The position numbers and the translations under genes were made by a program. From Felis catus (lineage: Eukaryota): a stretch of DNA of 64,000 bases. The DNA lies in assembly GCF_018350175.1 (NCBI RefSeq), contig NC_058368.1:126110001-126174000 (forward strand), written 5' to 3'. This document shows, piece by piece, positions 52,753 to 64,000 of this stretch; position 1 is the first letter of the stretch, and each line of letters begins with the position of its first letter. The notes beneath the pieces are model-generated. The model searched no databases and was not told the origin of the DNA. It was given only the letters and a program-made list of their open reading frames with translations.

Positions 52753-52972
52753 TTTTATTGTTTTTTTAGTGTTTGATTATTTTTGAGAGGGAGAGAGAGA
52801 CAGAATATGAGGAGGAGAGGTTTACAGGGAGAGGGAGACACAGGATGTGAAGCAGGTTCCAGGCTCTGAGCTGTCATCACAGAGCCCGACATGGGGCTTG
52901 AACTCACAAACCATGAGATCTTGACCTGAGCTGAAGGTGGATGCTTAACTGACTGAGCTACCCAGGCGCCCC
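52753..52972 (-). mobile_element. CanSINE (felid type)
   Basis: CCAGGCTCTGAGCTGTC...CCCAGGCGCCCC. Confidence 0.95.
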
Positions 52973-53211
52973 TGAAAAGTATATATTGAAGTGTACTTAT
53001 ATCAGCCGTATGCTTTTAGTAAACCCTCATTTCTTATTATATTCAAATTATTTGGGCCCCATACAAGCCATCTTCTTTCCTGGCCTATTAGTTTCAGGCA
53101 CACATTGTTTACCCTGTCTATTCCAGCCAGAAAAAAATTAGTGATTAATTCTCACCTGCTTTCATCTCTCTGCCTTCTTCCCCTTATCTTTCAGCCAAAT
53201 GTTGCTACCTA

Positions 53212-53404
53212 TTTTTTAATAAATTTTTTTTAATGTTTATTTTCGAGAGAGAGAGAGGGAGGGAGGAGGACACAGAATCCAAGGCAGGCTCCAGGCTCTG
53301 AGCTGTCAGCACAGAGCCCGACAGGGGGCTTGAACACGTAAGCTGTGAGATCATGACCTGAGCTGATGTGGGATGCTTAATCAACTGAGCCACCCAGGCA
53401 CCCC
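53212..53404 (-). mobile_element. CanSINE (felid type)
   Basis: GCAGGCTCCAGGCTCTGAGCTGTCAGCACAGAGCCCGAC...GCCACCCAGGCACCCC. Confidence 0.96.
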
Positions 53405-53430
53405 CAAATGCTAATGCTTTTAAAAGATAT

Positions 53431-53602
53431 GGGGACGCCTGGGTGGCTCAGGCAGTTAAGTGCCCTACTTCGGTTCAGGTCATGATCTCACATGGTTTGT
53501 GAGTTCAAGCCCCACATCGGACTCTGTGCTGACCGCTCAAAGCCTGGAGCCTGCTTCAGATTCTGTGTCTCCTTCTCTCTCTGTTCCTCTCCTGCTTGTG
53601 CA

Positions 53603-53650
<48 letters not shown>

Positions 53651-53679
53651 AACAAATAAAGACTAAAAAAATTTTTTTA
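53431..53679 (+). mobile_element. CanSINE (felid type) with (CT)n
   Basis: GGGGACGCCTGGGTGGCTCAG; TSD AAAAGATATGG. Confidence 0.96.
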
Positions 53680-56006
53680 AAAAGATATGGCAGAATTTCT
53701 CAGAAACTTGTATTAATTTCTGCTGTAGCACTTGCTGAATAACTGTTTTGCTTGTGTACTTGATTACCTTCTAAAACTGTGAGTTTCCCTGAGACCTGCT
53801 CTTCTCACATTCCCAACACCTCACAGAGCTCCAGGCACATAAGTTAACATGACCATATAAATTACTGAGCAGACATAGATATTTTTGAGTGAAAGGGTGA
53901 AGTGCTAATAGTTATGTGAGACAGCAGGAGTAAACGCAGGCTACATCTGGAAAATAGGGACATCGATGCTCTATAAATATGTCTTGAATAAGAATATAAG
54001 CCTTATTCCGACCATCATCTTTTTGACTGCCATTGTTTTATCTTGTATATCTGTGACTTAGAACCATGCCTGCTGTGTAGTCCATGTGTGATATAGATTT
54101 GTTGAATATTTGAAGGACTGGGAGAAAACAAAATATGTGGCAGTTTTACAAGATGCTAGTCTTGCTCAAGCAGAGAGCTTTGTCTAAAACCCTTTGACTA
54201 CTTGTCTTCTCACTTTTCTATCTAGTATGTTCTTTCAACAGTTTTGTCAAACATGGTGGACCTCCCAGAGCATCTTTCCATAACTCTGCTCGGCCATTAA
54301 GTTTCCCTAATGATGCAACATGACGTAAATCTGTGATCCTTAAAATAGGAAACTAACCTGCTGCAGAGACCAAACTATTTTGATTCAAGGGTTTTTCCAG
54401 TGATTCATAAACATCATGTTAGATCTGAGTCCTCAGCCCTAGAGGCTTCTTTAAACTGTCCTAGACTTAGGCACAGTGAAGCAGCAGGGGAGCAGTGGGA
54501 GGCAGAATTATTCTGTCTGTTCCACTTTGACCGCTGTCACCCAGAAGCAGCTGCTGCTAGGGAGGAATGACAAGCTGAGGGATGTTTAAGGCCATTACAA
54601 TTAGAGGAAGCAGGGGGATAATGGAGCTAGGAAGGACTGCGATGAATTCACTGAGTCATCACCCAAAAGAATTCAACGTCAGAAACAAGAGATTGTGCGT
54701 TTGGGAAACAGGTGATGATGAGGGTGAAGGCACACTATCGTAGATTCTTTTGGAAGCATCATAGAGGAATTTGGGGAAGCCACCCTGTGTGGACTGGATT
54801 ATATCTGAAGTCAAGGTCAGTAAGATCCCAGAAGTCAAGGCTACTGGCCCAAGCAGGAAACCCCTCCTGAGAAGCGCACATCCTCCTCTTTCTGGGCAGG
54901 TTGTGATGCGGAAGCACAATCTTCCATGCCCTAATTAGCACTCTTGGTTTGACAAGGGTGGCTCCCATTCTGAAGTTTCCTCTCTGTGTTGTTTTACAGA
55001 AGATTTCACGGGAAAGGACCACAAACTCAGTTCCTCTCAATTTTGTCGAAGAATGTCAGCAAATTACAATTGTTCAGAATCAGAATTTCATAAGCTTGGC
55101 TGTAGCATATTTATGATGCAAAAACAATTGCAAAAGGCTTTGCTGCACCGCTTTATTGACACAGCCTTCCTGTCCCCACATCTTGCTTCCTCTCAGGAAA
55201 GTGGGACGTGTTGGATGATTTCCCAGCTTCTATTTGGAGAGGAAGTCGACAGGTTTTCCACCATCCAGCCCCCGCCAATCTGCGCTAGCTGAGAAACACC
55301 TGCAGCCAAAGGCTATGCCCATTCTCCCTTGTGCATTTGCAGCTATCAAAATAAATGAGCCATCTTGGATGGGAAAATTATATCTTTTTTCAGAGTAACC
55401 TCACTCTCCACATGTGCACGACGACGCATACGGCCTGATGTTATGAACACTGCCTCTGACTAGAATTACAATCAGGCATTTGGCATTCAAAACCAATGTC
55501 AATAATTGTCTCAAAAGAAAGAGCTTTCAAAAGACCTCATGCCCTGGCAGCTTTTCCCTGGTACTGCCCACTTATTTTGCACACAGTAAATTCTTAAACC
55601 CACATGATAATGCAAAACAAGGGAACTGCCTGCCTCCTCTGCCCAGATGTCTCACTTTTCCAATATTAATAATTCTTTCTGGACATAAGTCCTTTCTCTC
55701 ACCCACTCATTCACTCCCATCCCTAACATCTGTCTCAGAAGTCATTATTCTACAAAGAAACCACAACTGCTCCATTCCTCAGCCAACTGCCTATCCATCC
55801 AGACTTTCAAGTTGGTTCAGACACCCTGGGAGCTTATGACAGCTTTATGCTCAGCCTAAGGCTTGACATAGGGATAGAGGGTGTACCATTTGCTCAGATG
55901 GATTTTCCTCTATTGCTTATCATGTGTAACTGTGGCTTTCCGAATGGAAATAGTAGTTTGAAATGCTTTTGATAGAAAAAGAGCAAAAACTCATAAGTCT
56001 GTAGGC

Positions 56007-56050
56007 AAAAACAAATCAAAACAAAACAAAACAAACAACAAACAAAAACA
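56007..56050. repeat. (CAAAA)n-like simple repeat
   Basis: Visible CA2-5 units. Confidence 0.8.
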
Positions 56051-56204
56051 CCTGATCAGTGGTCCAAGGAGCCCTAGTGGTTCATGAGATCTGTAACTTG
56101 TCTGTTATGTGGCATCCATAGCTGTGTGCATGATGGTGGTGTGAGGATGTAAGTGTGGTGTCTAAGTGTGGTATACAAAGTTCTGTGTACAAGAAGATAG
56201 ATTG

Positions 56205-56411
56205 GGGGCACCTGGGTGGCTCAGTCGGTTAAGCGTCCGACTTCGGCTCAGGTCACAATCTCGTGGTTCGTGAGTTCAAGCCCTGAGTCCGGCTCTGGGC
56301 TGATGGCTCGGAGCCTGCTTCCGATTCTGTGTGTCCCTCTTTCTCTGCCCCTCCCCCGTTCATGCTCCGTCTCTCTCTGTCTCAAAAATAAATAAATGTT
56401 AAAAAAAAAAA
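56205..56411 (+). mobile_element. Young felid CanSINE
   Basis: CpG-rich, pure poly-A end, perfect 14-bp TSD AAGAAGATAGATTG at 56191-56204 and 56412-56425. Confidence 0.97.
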
Positions 56412-57199
56412 AAGAAGATAGATTGCTCAGTGGTACAGAGCCCATCTCCACTCTGGAATTTGCTCAGTCAACATGGCTGGGTTGATGAGGACCAAGAATG
56501 TAATCCTTTTCCAGACTTTCTGACACACTCAAAGGGACCCCAAACCCAAGTGACTGTATCCTGCTTCATCAGTCTCTCCAGGGACTGGTCACTTCCTTTA
56601 AAATGACTCAGTGCCAGGAAATCAGAAATTTCAGATAACACCATTCTTAAAGGCCCCTTTCTGACCAGATTGTCTTCATGGAAATATCCACCCCAGTGTC
56701 CATCTCCTCCGAATCCCTCTGAAGTTTTTAGTCTTCTTGCAAACTTCTCTATTCTCATGCCTTTACTATAGTTTTCCAGTTAATCCAATAATATCCTACT
56801 CAGAAAATATCACATCTTATATTGATTTTTGCTGTCTGTCCCCAGCTCACCTCCTTTCTGCTTGTTTGAAGCCTATCAATTCTTTAAAGTCCCGACAAAA
56901 GTCTTTCTTCAAGAAGAAAGTCTACACTAGTTTTCCTCTCCACAAAATCCCAGGAGTCCATACTGCTTGCTGGACATATATGACAACAGTCATGTTCTTC
57001 TTTCCATTGCCAGTCACTTGGCATATCTTGGCACCAGCTAGATTGGAAGACTCCCTAAGGGTCAATGATTTATCTTGCAACAATTGTTATTTCTAATGGC
57101 ATCTAGCACGTGCTAAGTTTTCCATTAGTGTATCTTGATGCTAGATCAATGGGAATATCCATGACTGACCAGTAAACTTACCTTCTATATCAGTTAAAA

Positions 57200-58975
57200 G
57201 GAATTGTGGCCATTAGGCATGACTTCCTTCAACCTGATTTCCCTTCTCTCATACTTACAAACATCAATAACCATTCCCTTCCTTTTTCCTGTACTTAGTC
57301 ATAAGAACATGAAGTATCTCATGCACAAAGCTGATCCCTTTACATGTTTTATTAATTCTGTTTCTTTCACCTTCCTGTCATTGATCATTTGCTCTCCCAT
57401 GATTCTTGGTTTCTCTTTAGTCTCTAAAATTGCCCTCCCTTGACCTCAAATCTCGCTTATTCAGTTACTTTACTTCCCACTCCTTTCATCTTCTCAAAAG
57501 ATTAGTCTATTTTTGCTATTTTCATTTTTAATCCTTTTATTCTCAACTCTCTGCCACCTGGTTTCAGCCCTGCCACTCCATCAAATTTGCTTTAAATCCA
57601 TCGATTATCTCCTCCTTGTACAATACAGTCAGCATTTTTGTATTGCTAACTTACTGCCCCTCTGCTATACTGGATCTTGTTAATTATCTTCATACTGAAA
57701 GATATAAAGTATATCTTTATACTGATCTTTATACTGAACTCCTGTGGCTTTTCTCCTATTTCTCTAATATTTTTCTGCTTCAAATCTTGCATGGTCTCTT
57801 CTTCCTTGAAACACTTTAAATACTAATTTTTCACAGCATTCTATGTTCAAGCAACTTCCCTTTGGTCATGGGTAACCACTTCACTCTGAATGCATGAGAT
57901 TGTTACTGCAGTAATAATAATATGAACAATATTTACAGAGTTCCTTATTTCAATTATTGTTCTAAGGACTTTTACATGTATTAACTCAGTCTTCATACAC
58001 ATTGTATTTTACAAAAAAAACATTTTATACATGGGAAAAATAAACTGGAGAGGTTAAATACCTTGCTTATAGTCAAAAGAGTAGAGTTGGGATTTTAATC
58101 TGCAAAAATCTGGCCCTAGAGCCTATGCTCAGGTGCAAATTTGAGGTTGCATGTAAGAGATTTGGTGCTTAACTTTTCTAGAACAACAGTTAGTGGCTCC
58201 ATCCTCTAGCCATCCCTCAACCTAGAACTCATGGAATCATTCTTAACTCCCTCATGCCTCACCTCCCACAGCACATCACTTATTGGCTCCTGATGATTTC
58301 ATTTCCAATATATGTCTTCAACCTGGGCTCCTTTTTCCCCACAGGCCTTTCACCACTGTCTGGATGTGGGCCATCATTGTGTTTCACTGGACGACTTAAA
58401 TAGCCTCTTAGCTGATTTCTTTGTTTCCATTGCCATCTTCCTCAAACCCATAGTCACCATGTGGCAACAGAAAGTTTTAAATAAGACACAAATCTGAGCA
58501 TGTCAGTTCCCTACTTTAAAACCTTTTAATAGTTCCTGATTCCCTATGATTAAAGTCCACCTTCTGAATAAGGGAACATAAAGCATTCACTTAGTCTTGC
58601 TGATTCTTCAGCTTTATCTGCAACATAAAATTACTTGTTGTTTCCTACACATAGGACTTTTGTCCCTTATTGCTTCTGTTCCCTTGGCCTATTCAGTCTA
58701 CCTGGATAATTTCTGTATTTCTTTACATCTCATCAAAGGCTACACATCCTGTCCTTGCATTTAGTGTCATTGTATTTTTTTGTATTTTTTTTACAAGATA
58801 TAAATAACCTGTGTATGTCTCTGTCTTCTCTACTAGGTTATTAGTTCCTAAACGTAAAGACTTTGTCATGTTTTTCTTTGATTTTGCAATGCTTTCTATA
58901 GTGGCTAATATAAAATAGGCACTTTATGAATGTTTGTTTTAATGAATACATTAATGAACAAATGAAAGAATGAAT
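57200..58975 (+). mobile_element. Fragmented L2, interrupted by a MIR
   Basis: Pyrimidine-rich L2-like body; 3' end TAGGCACTTTATGAATGTTTGTTTTAATGAAT. Confidence 0.65.
57910..58130 (-). mobile_element. MIR
   Basis: TTTTACATGTATTAACTCA...GAGAGGTTAAATACCTTGC...GAGTTGGGATTT. Confidence 0.7.
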
Positions 58976-59274
58976 ATAAACCGCTGTTTTTCTTTTACTG
59001 TGAGTTATTTTTCAATAGAGCACACACACGCACATACAAATTTAAGTAAGAGAATGTTCCTGTTTACACTGCTGGACATTTTCTGTCCCTAGGTATTAAT
59101 TATAACATGTTTATTTTCCTTAAAGACAAACATTATAGGAAAACCCTACTAAATTCCATAGCACTGCCCCTTGTTTTTTTGTCTTCCCTTACCAAAATTG
59201 CCATCTATATTTTCCTAATGCAAAATGCAAATTGCATATTCAGTCATTATATATGCTCATTAGTAGTGGTACGA

Positions 59275-59756
59275 TTTATGTTAGGATTAGCTTCTTGTTA
59301 TAGAGAAACCCAAAATACTAGTGGCTTAAGAACAATAGAATTTTTTTTATATCACATTCAAGAACTCCTAAGGAGGCAGTCGAGGGCTGATACACAGTTC
59401 CATGTTCATGAAGAATTCACATTCCTCCTATTTTGTTGCTTCTTCACGCATTTCCTCATAATCCAAATTGGCTTTTGGAAATTTAGCTATCATATGTGCA
59501 TTTCAGATGGCAGGAAGAAGGAAGACAAGAAAATGTGTTTGCTCCTCCCTTTTAAGAATGCTTCTTGGAAATCCCATACAACATGTCCACTTACATGCCA
59601 CAGTAGCGGTCAGGAAAATGACAGATGACAGTTTTTGTTCCTTTGCTTGTTGTATTTTTTTAGCTGGTGGTAGTGTGAGAAGCAAAAATTGAGGTTTTAT
59701 TCTTAGGGAGAAGGAAGAGTGTATGTTCACGTAGGTAACCAGTAGTCTCTACTACA
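59275..59756 (-). mobile_element. MaLR solo LTR (MLT1J/K-like)
   Basis: AGAAACCCAAAATACTAGTGGCTTAAG...ACCAGTAGTCTCTACTACA terminus. Confidence 0.7.
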
Positions 59757-59893
59757 GTTTAGTCTGAATGTAAAGAGTTTATGGAAATCTCAGAAGTATT
59801 ATACTGGTGAGCAACCTATGATCAGCTGAAAGGTGACCTGGAGGTGATTACTGCCTAGCTGCCGAGCCTGCAAATAAAACCAAGAGCAAATAT

Positions 59894-60114
59894 GAGGCAT
59901 CTGGGTGGCTCAGTCGGTTAGGCGTCCAACTTCGGCTCAGGTCACGATCTCATGGCTCCTGAGTTTGAGCCCTGCATCAGGCTCTGTGCCAACAGCTCAG
60001 AGCCTGGAGACTGCTTCATATTCTGTGTCTCCCTCTCCCCCACTCATGCTCTCTCTCTCTCTCTCTCTCTCAAAAATAAATAGACATTAAAGAAAATTTT
60101 TTAATAAAAAAAAA
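59894..60114 (+). mobile_element. CanSINE (felid type)
   Basis: CTGGGTGGCTCAGTCGGTTAGGCGTCC; TSD AGCAAATA. Confidence 0.96.
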
Positions 60115-60344
60115 AGCAAATAAACATAGTTAAGTTGTACACCTGGCCTCATAGAACTGAAGACTGAGGGTTATGGATTCACTTCACTGAATCAAGAAAA
60201 TGCATTGTGGTCTTTCTGCCATTATTTAAGTTCACTATAACAAACACCAATGAAGCAGATGATATGCATATTCTGATTTTATATACTGCTGTGTAATGTT
60301 GGTATTATAACAATAAGATTTATTTACATGGTTCATTATTTTAG

Positions 60345-60425
60345 ACCAGCACTTCTGAAACTTATCTGTGTTAGGAATTACCTGATGCCTCACTAAAATG
60401 CAGATTGTAATTCAATAGGTCTCAG
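60345..60425. mobile_element. MER5A-like fragment
   Basis: CAGCACTTCTGAAACTT...AAAATGCAGATTGTAATTCAATAGGTCT. Confidence 0.55.
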
Positions 60426-60492
60426 GTGAAGTCAAAGTTCTGTTGTACTTTGGGTTGCAAGGCTTTTGGAGCCTCAGCACATGTCAATCTAT

Positions 60493-60919
60493 GTGTTAGT
60501 TTAGTTTTCCAGAGTATAGATGCCAAGTGGGTAGAGATATCCAAGTAATTTTTCAAGAAGCCTGTGGAGAACAGAAGGGAGGGAGAGAGAGAAAGGGGAG
60601 AGCTTTCAGACTGCAATGAAGGCTTACCAGATAGGAGAGAGAAGGAAAGGAAGAGTATGTTGAAGGAGTATCATTTTATAGATGGACCAGTAGGGAACCT
60701 GAGCCAAAGATGCCCATCAGAGTCCTACAGACCATAGGAATGGGCCTGCAATGATACTCCTGCCATGGTTAGTCATTGGCTGGGAGCAGCTCATGGGAAG
60801 CATAGCTTTGGCATTAACAGGGTGATAGACCCACAGGGGCAGCTAGGGCCATTATTCAATTATTCAATTACACTTCATTCAGCAGAAGACCTGAGTGGTA
60901 TCTTCTAATAGCTGCTACA
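60493..60919 (-). mobile_element. ERVL solo LTR (LTR33/LTR41/LTR50-like)
   Basis: TCAGACTGCAATG; AGTCATTGGCTGGGAGCAGC; ends GCTGCTACA. Confidence 0.55.
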
Positions 60920-61949
60920 ATCCATATTCTTGCCTTTGTAAGTACACTACACTGAATATGATTTAATTTTTATTTGAAGTCCTTGCAGTGTCTGGGTGTT
61001 TATTGAAAATATTCATTTTTCAACATGGATTTACAGCGCATGGCCCAGAGTGCCTTCAGTAAATATTTGCTTTTGAATAAACAAAATTGAAGAGGAAGGA
61101 ATTACAGCAATAATGAATGAATTAGTATAGGGCCCAAGACACACCATTGAATTTGCATGGGCAGGAAGGATAAATTATTTCTAACCTAGTGTCTTGGTAT
61201 TTGCCTCTTTCTCATAAAAGCTGATCCAGCAACTATTATCCAATTTTAGGTTCCAGCTAGTTGATGTTTGATTGTAATTAGTTTAACAATTTGAGTTCAT
61301 TTCCTCTAAGGAGACCATGAAAAAAATAATTTAATGGAAACAAATCAGCCATTATGGAATTTATATAACTCAACCATATGCATTTTGAACACCAAATATA
61401 ATTACGTAATAATTTTGCCTCAAAATTAAATCATTTGGCACACTTTTGTAGGATGAAATTAGCAAAGTCCAATTTAATTTGTGTAAGGCACCAACATTAC
61501 TGACTTTTGGAAATAAAAGGCCTTGGGAGATAAAAATTCCATTGGAACTATTATGTTTTCATTCAGATTCATTTTCAATATGTTACACTTCATAAAATTA
61601 CAAGTCAGAAACTACTATTTCTGAATTTATAAAATGTACAAACCTTGACAGAAAAGGACCTTTTATGAATTTGGGGTTCAGATTTTCTCCATTTTTTTCT
61701 TTCTTCTTATCAGAATCATAGGTCAAATGACTTACATCTTTATTATCACATAAGTGGTGATATAACTTGTTACTTCTTATCTACAAACAAGTGGCAGAAT
61801 TCATAGGAAAATCTACCAAATATTACAGAGGAAAAGATTATACTGATAAAATCTGGGGGGAGGGATTTCTCTGAACACCAAAGTAGAATCAACAGTCTAT
61901 TGATCGTGTCATTTTCATCATCATTATTACACCAAAAGGCATAATTCTT

Positions 61950-62450
61950 TGGTTCATTCAGTGAATCCGTACTGAATAGGCTAAGGACAAGTCACTGTGA
62001 CAAGTTCTATTGTGAATTCAAGAATGACTTAGGGGTACAATATACCTGTAAAATACTTTGGAGCATATAAAGATGAGAGCATTTGGATAAATTACTCTAT
62101 GTCACTCTCTCTGTGACCCCTTGAAGCACGTTTATTATCCCAAGTAAGTGAATGAATGAAAATGATGGAATGGGCATCCAAGACTAAGGGAATGACAAGT
62201 CAAAGAGACAAAGAAGAAAAAACAGCCTGTCTTCCATAAATAATTAGTATTCTGGATGGTTTAGAATGTAAGAAAGTAGTAAGTAGGAGTGACTAGATCT
62301 GAATCAAAGTTAATAGGGCTTGGAATAACATGCTGAGGTACTTGAACAGAAATCTCATAGTCAGTGGGGAAATATTTCAGTTTTTTAAAGAGGGTGCTAA
62401 TATTACTTTTTAAGAAAGATGATCTGGTAATAGTATGTGGTATTTACTAC
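61950..62450 (-). mobile_element. L2 fragments
   Basis: TTCATTCAGTGAAT...; TTTTAAGAAAGATGATCTGG. Confidence 0.5.
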
Positions 62451-62834
62451 ATGAGGTAAAAAGTGTGAATTTGTTACTTTTTAGGAAATAAAGCTTTTCA
62501 GTGGTTATTGTGGAGAATCAATGAGCTAACTCACAACTGACAAGAAAGATTTCTAAGTAATAGAGGGGGAAATAGCTAATTACTAAATATGCATTGGACT
62601 ACGTCTGCGTGTTTCTCAATAAAATAGGAAGTGGAAGTTGAAAAACAAGAACGTTGAGGTGATACCATATTGGAAGATGGCACAGTAGACATGGAGATGG
62701 TCAGAGGAACAAGGAACTCTGGAGTCTGTTGTCAATGAAGACAGCATGGAAGTGACTGATCACTTCTCTGTCGTGTCTCTTTGAATTCTTTTCTCTCTTT
62801 TCCTAGATCTACAGACATGCTGGACAGTTTGCCC

Positions 62835-63110
62835 AGGGGTTAGGAACAAGAATTTTGGAGTCACTCTTACCTGAACATGAGTCCCAGCTATGTCAGATCC
62901 TCGCTAGCTATGTTATCTTGGGCAAATTACTTTACTGCTCTGACCGTCACTTCCATGACAAGTAATATGGAGGCAACAAAAATAACCTGTCTAATAGAAT
63001 TATGGGACTTAAATGAGAAAATGCACATAATTAACTTAAAAGAATGTCTCCTATGTTCTAAGTAGCCATTTTATTATCATTAATTATAATTTATTATTAT
63101 TATTATTAGA
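62835..63110 (+). mobile_element. MIR
   Basis: CTAGCTATGTTATCTTGGGCAAATTACTTTAC...TTAAATGAGAAAATGCAC. Confidence 0.75.
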
Positions 63111-63189
63111 ACTATTGTTTCAAAGGTAACCGGTAAGCACAAATAAGCAGAGGCAGTGACCTATGCTCTACCTGCAACCTCTTTGATGG

Positions 63190-63900
63190 CTATCTTTCTC
63201 CATTGAGCACCCACCCTATCACAACTCCCCTTTCTTTGACATACTCTCTAGGATGTACCCTTATCTCCCTGGCTGCTGTTTACCTAACTTCTTTCTGGCT
63301 TGTCTTCCAGGTCATTGTGTAGGTATTTCCCAAGCTCTGCCTTTGGCTCCTCTTCTTTCTCCATGGTCACATCTTCTCCCAAAGCTTAGGCAATCCTTTC
63401 TAACTGATCCAATATGGAGGTAGCTTCCAAAATCTGAATCTCTAGTCTTGATTAATATCCTAAGTTCCAATACTGCATTTTGACACCCCCATCTAGATAT
63501 CTTGTGTCACTATACACTCAACAAGTTCAAATCCAAATCCAATTTGTACCTAAACACAAACTTTCAACCTGCTCATTGCCATTAGTGACATTATTCTTTA
63601 ACTAGGCAGCCAGAGGAGAGACTTCAAAGTAATCCTATAAACTCCATCAGCTTTCCCCCACTTCACTCTGATTAGGCAGTTGCCAAATCATATAAGCTGC
63701 ACTACTCCATTGTCTCTCACAGCTGTTTCCAGGAGTTTCCCCTCTGTTTCAAGACATAATACCTCCTTGCCCAAATTACTGTTTCATGAAAGTCAAAGTG
63801 TTGTCTCTACCTCTAGTTTTGGTCCTTCCATACCTCTTAACAAGTGTTGCCACGTTACTGCCCTAAACACATTTCTGAGAAGGGTTCCTTCCTTCTCCAG
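63190..63900 (+). mobile_element. L2 fragment
   Basis: CCATCTAGATATCTTG...ACTCAACAAGTTCAAATCCAAA, L2-like body. Confidence 0.55.
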
Positions 63901-64000
63901 CATTGTTGACTTTCATAGGCTAAAACTGTACTGCATTAATAATTTTATTATTAATAGCATACACTGACATGTTAATTATATACATAATGCATATATCTTG

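Noticed and set aside
55195..55292. Possible exon after CTTCCTCTCAG
   Set aside because: No recognisable protein and no good donor site
59107..59628. 173-aa ORF, the longest in the window
   Set aside because: Mostly within an antisense MLT1 LTR; no recognisable domain
1901..60114. tRNA genes or CRISPR-like array from recurring similar sequences
   Set aside because: These are dispersed tRNA-derived CanSINE heads, not tRNAs or a regularly spaced array
62780..62830. Strong-looking splice acceptor TTCTTTTCTCTCTTTTCCTAG
   Set aside because: Runs into a MIR; no coding or transcript evidence

Overview
AT-rich, repeat-dense non-coding mammalian DNA. It is almost certainly from a felid (cat family), because it carries about 24 tRNA-derived CanSINEs, many with the felid-type GAGCCTGGAGCCTGCTTC motif. 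I can support no protein-coding exon, RNA gene or CpG island. The listed ORFs are short chance frames, many lying inside SINE, L1, L2 or LTR remnants. The window reads as intronic or intergenic. It contains CanSINEs (many with visible target-site duplications), L1 3' ends, old L1M/L2/MIR fragments, MaLR and ERVL solo LTRs, MER20/MER5 DNA transposons and microsatellites. Several repeat-poor islands may be enhancers. I found no evidence of a novel biological system. The best second-look items are closely spaced inverted SINE pairs, two very young SINEs, abutting head-to-head ERVL LTRs, a 13-bp perfect inverted repeat and some motif-rich unique islands. Subfamily names come from recalled consensus sequences, not a search, and boundaries of old repeats are approximate.
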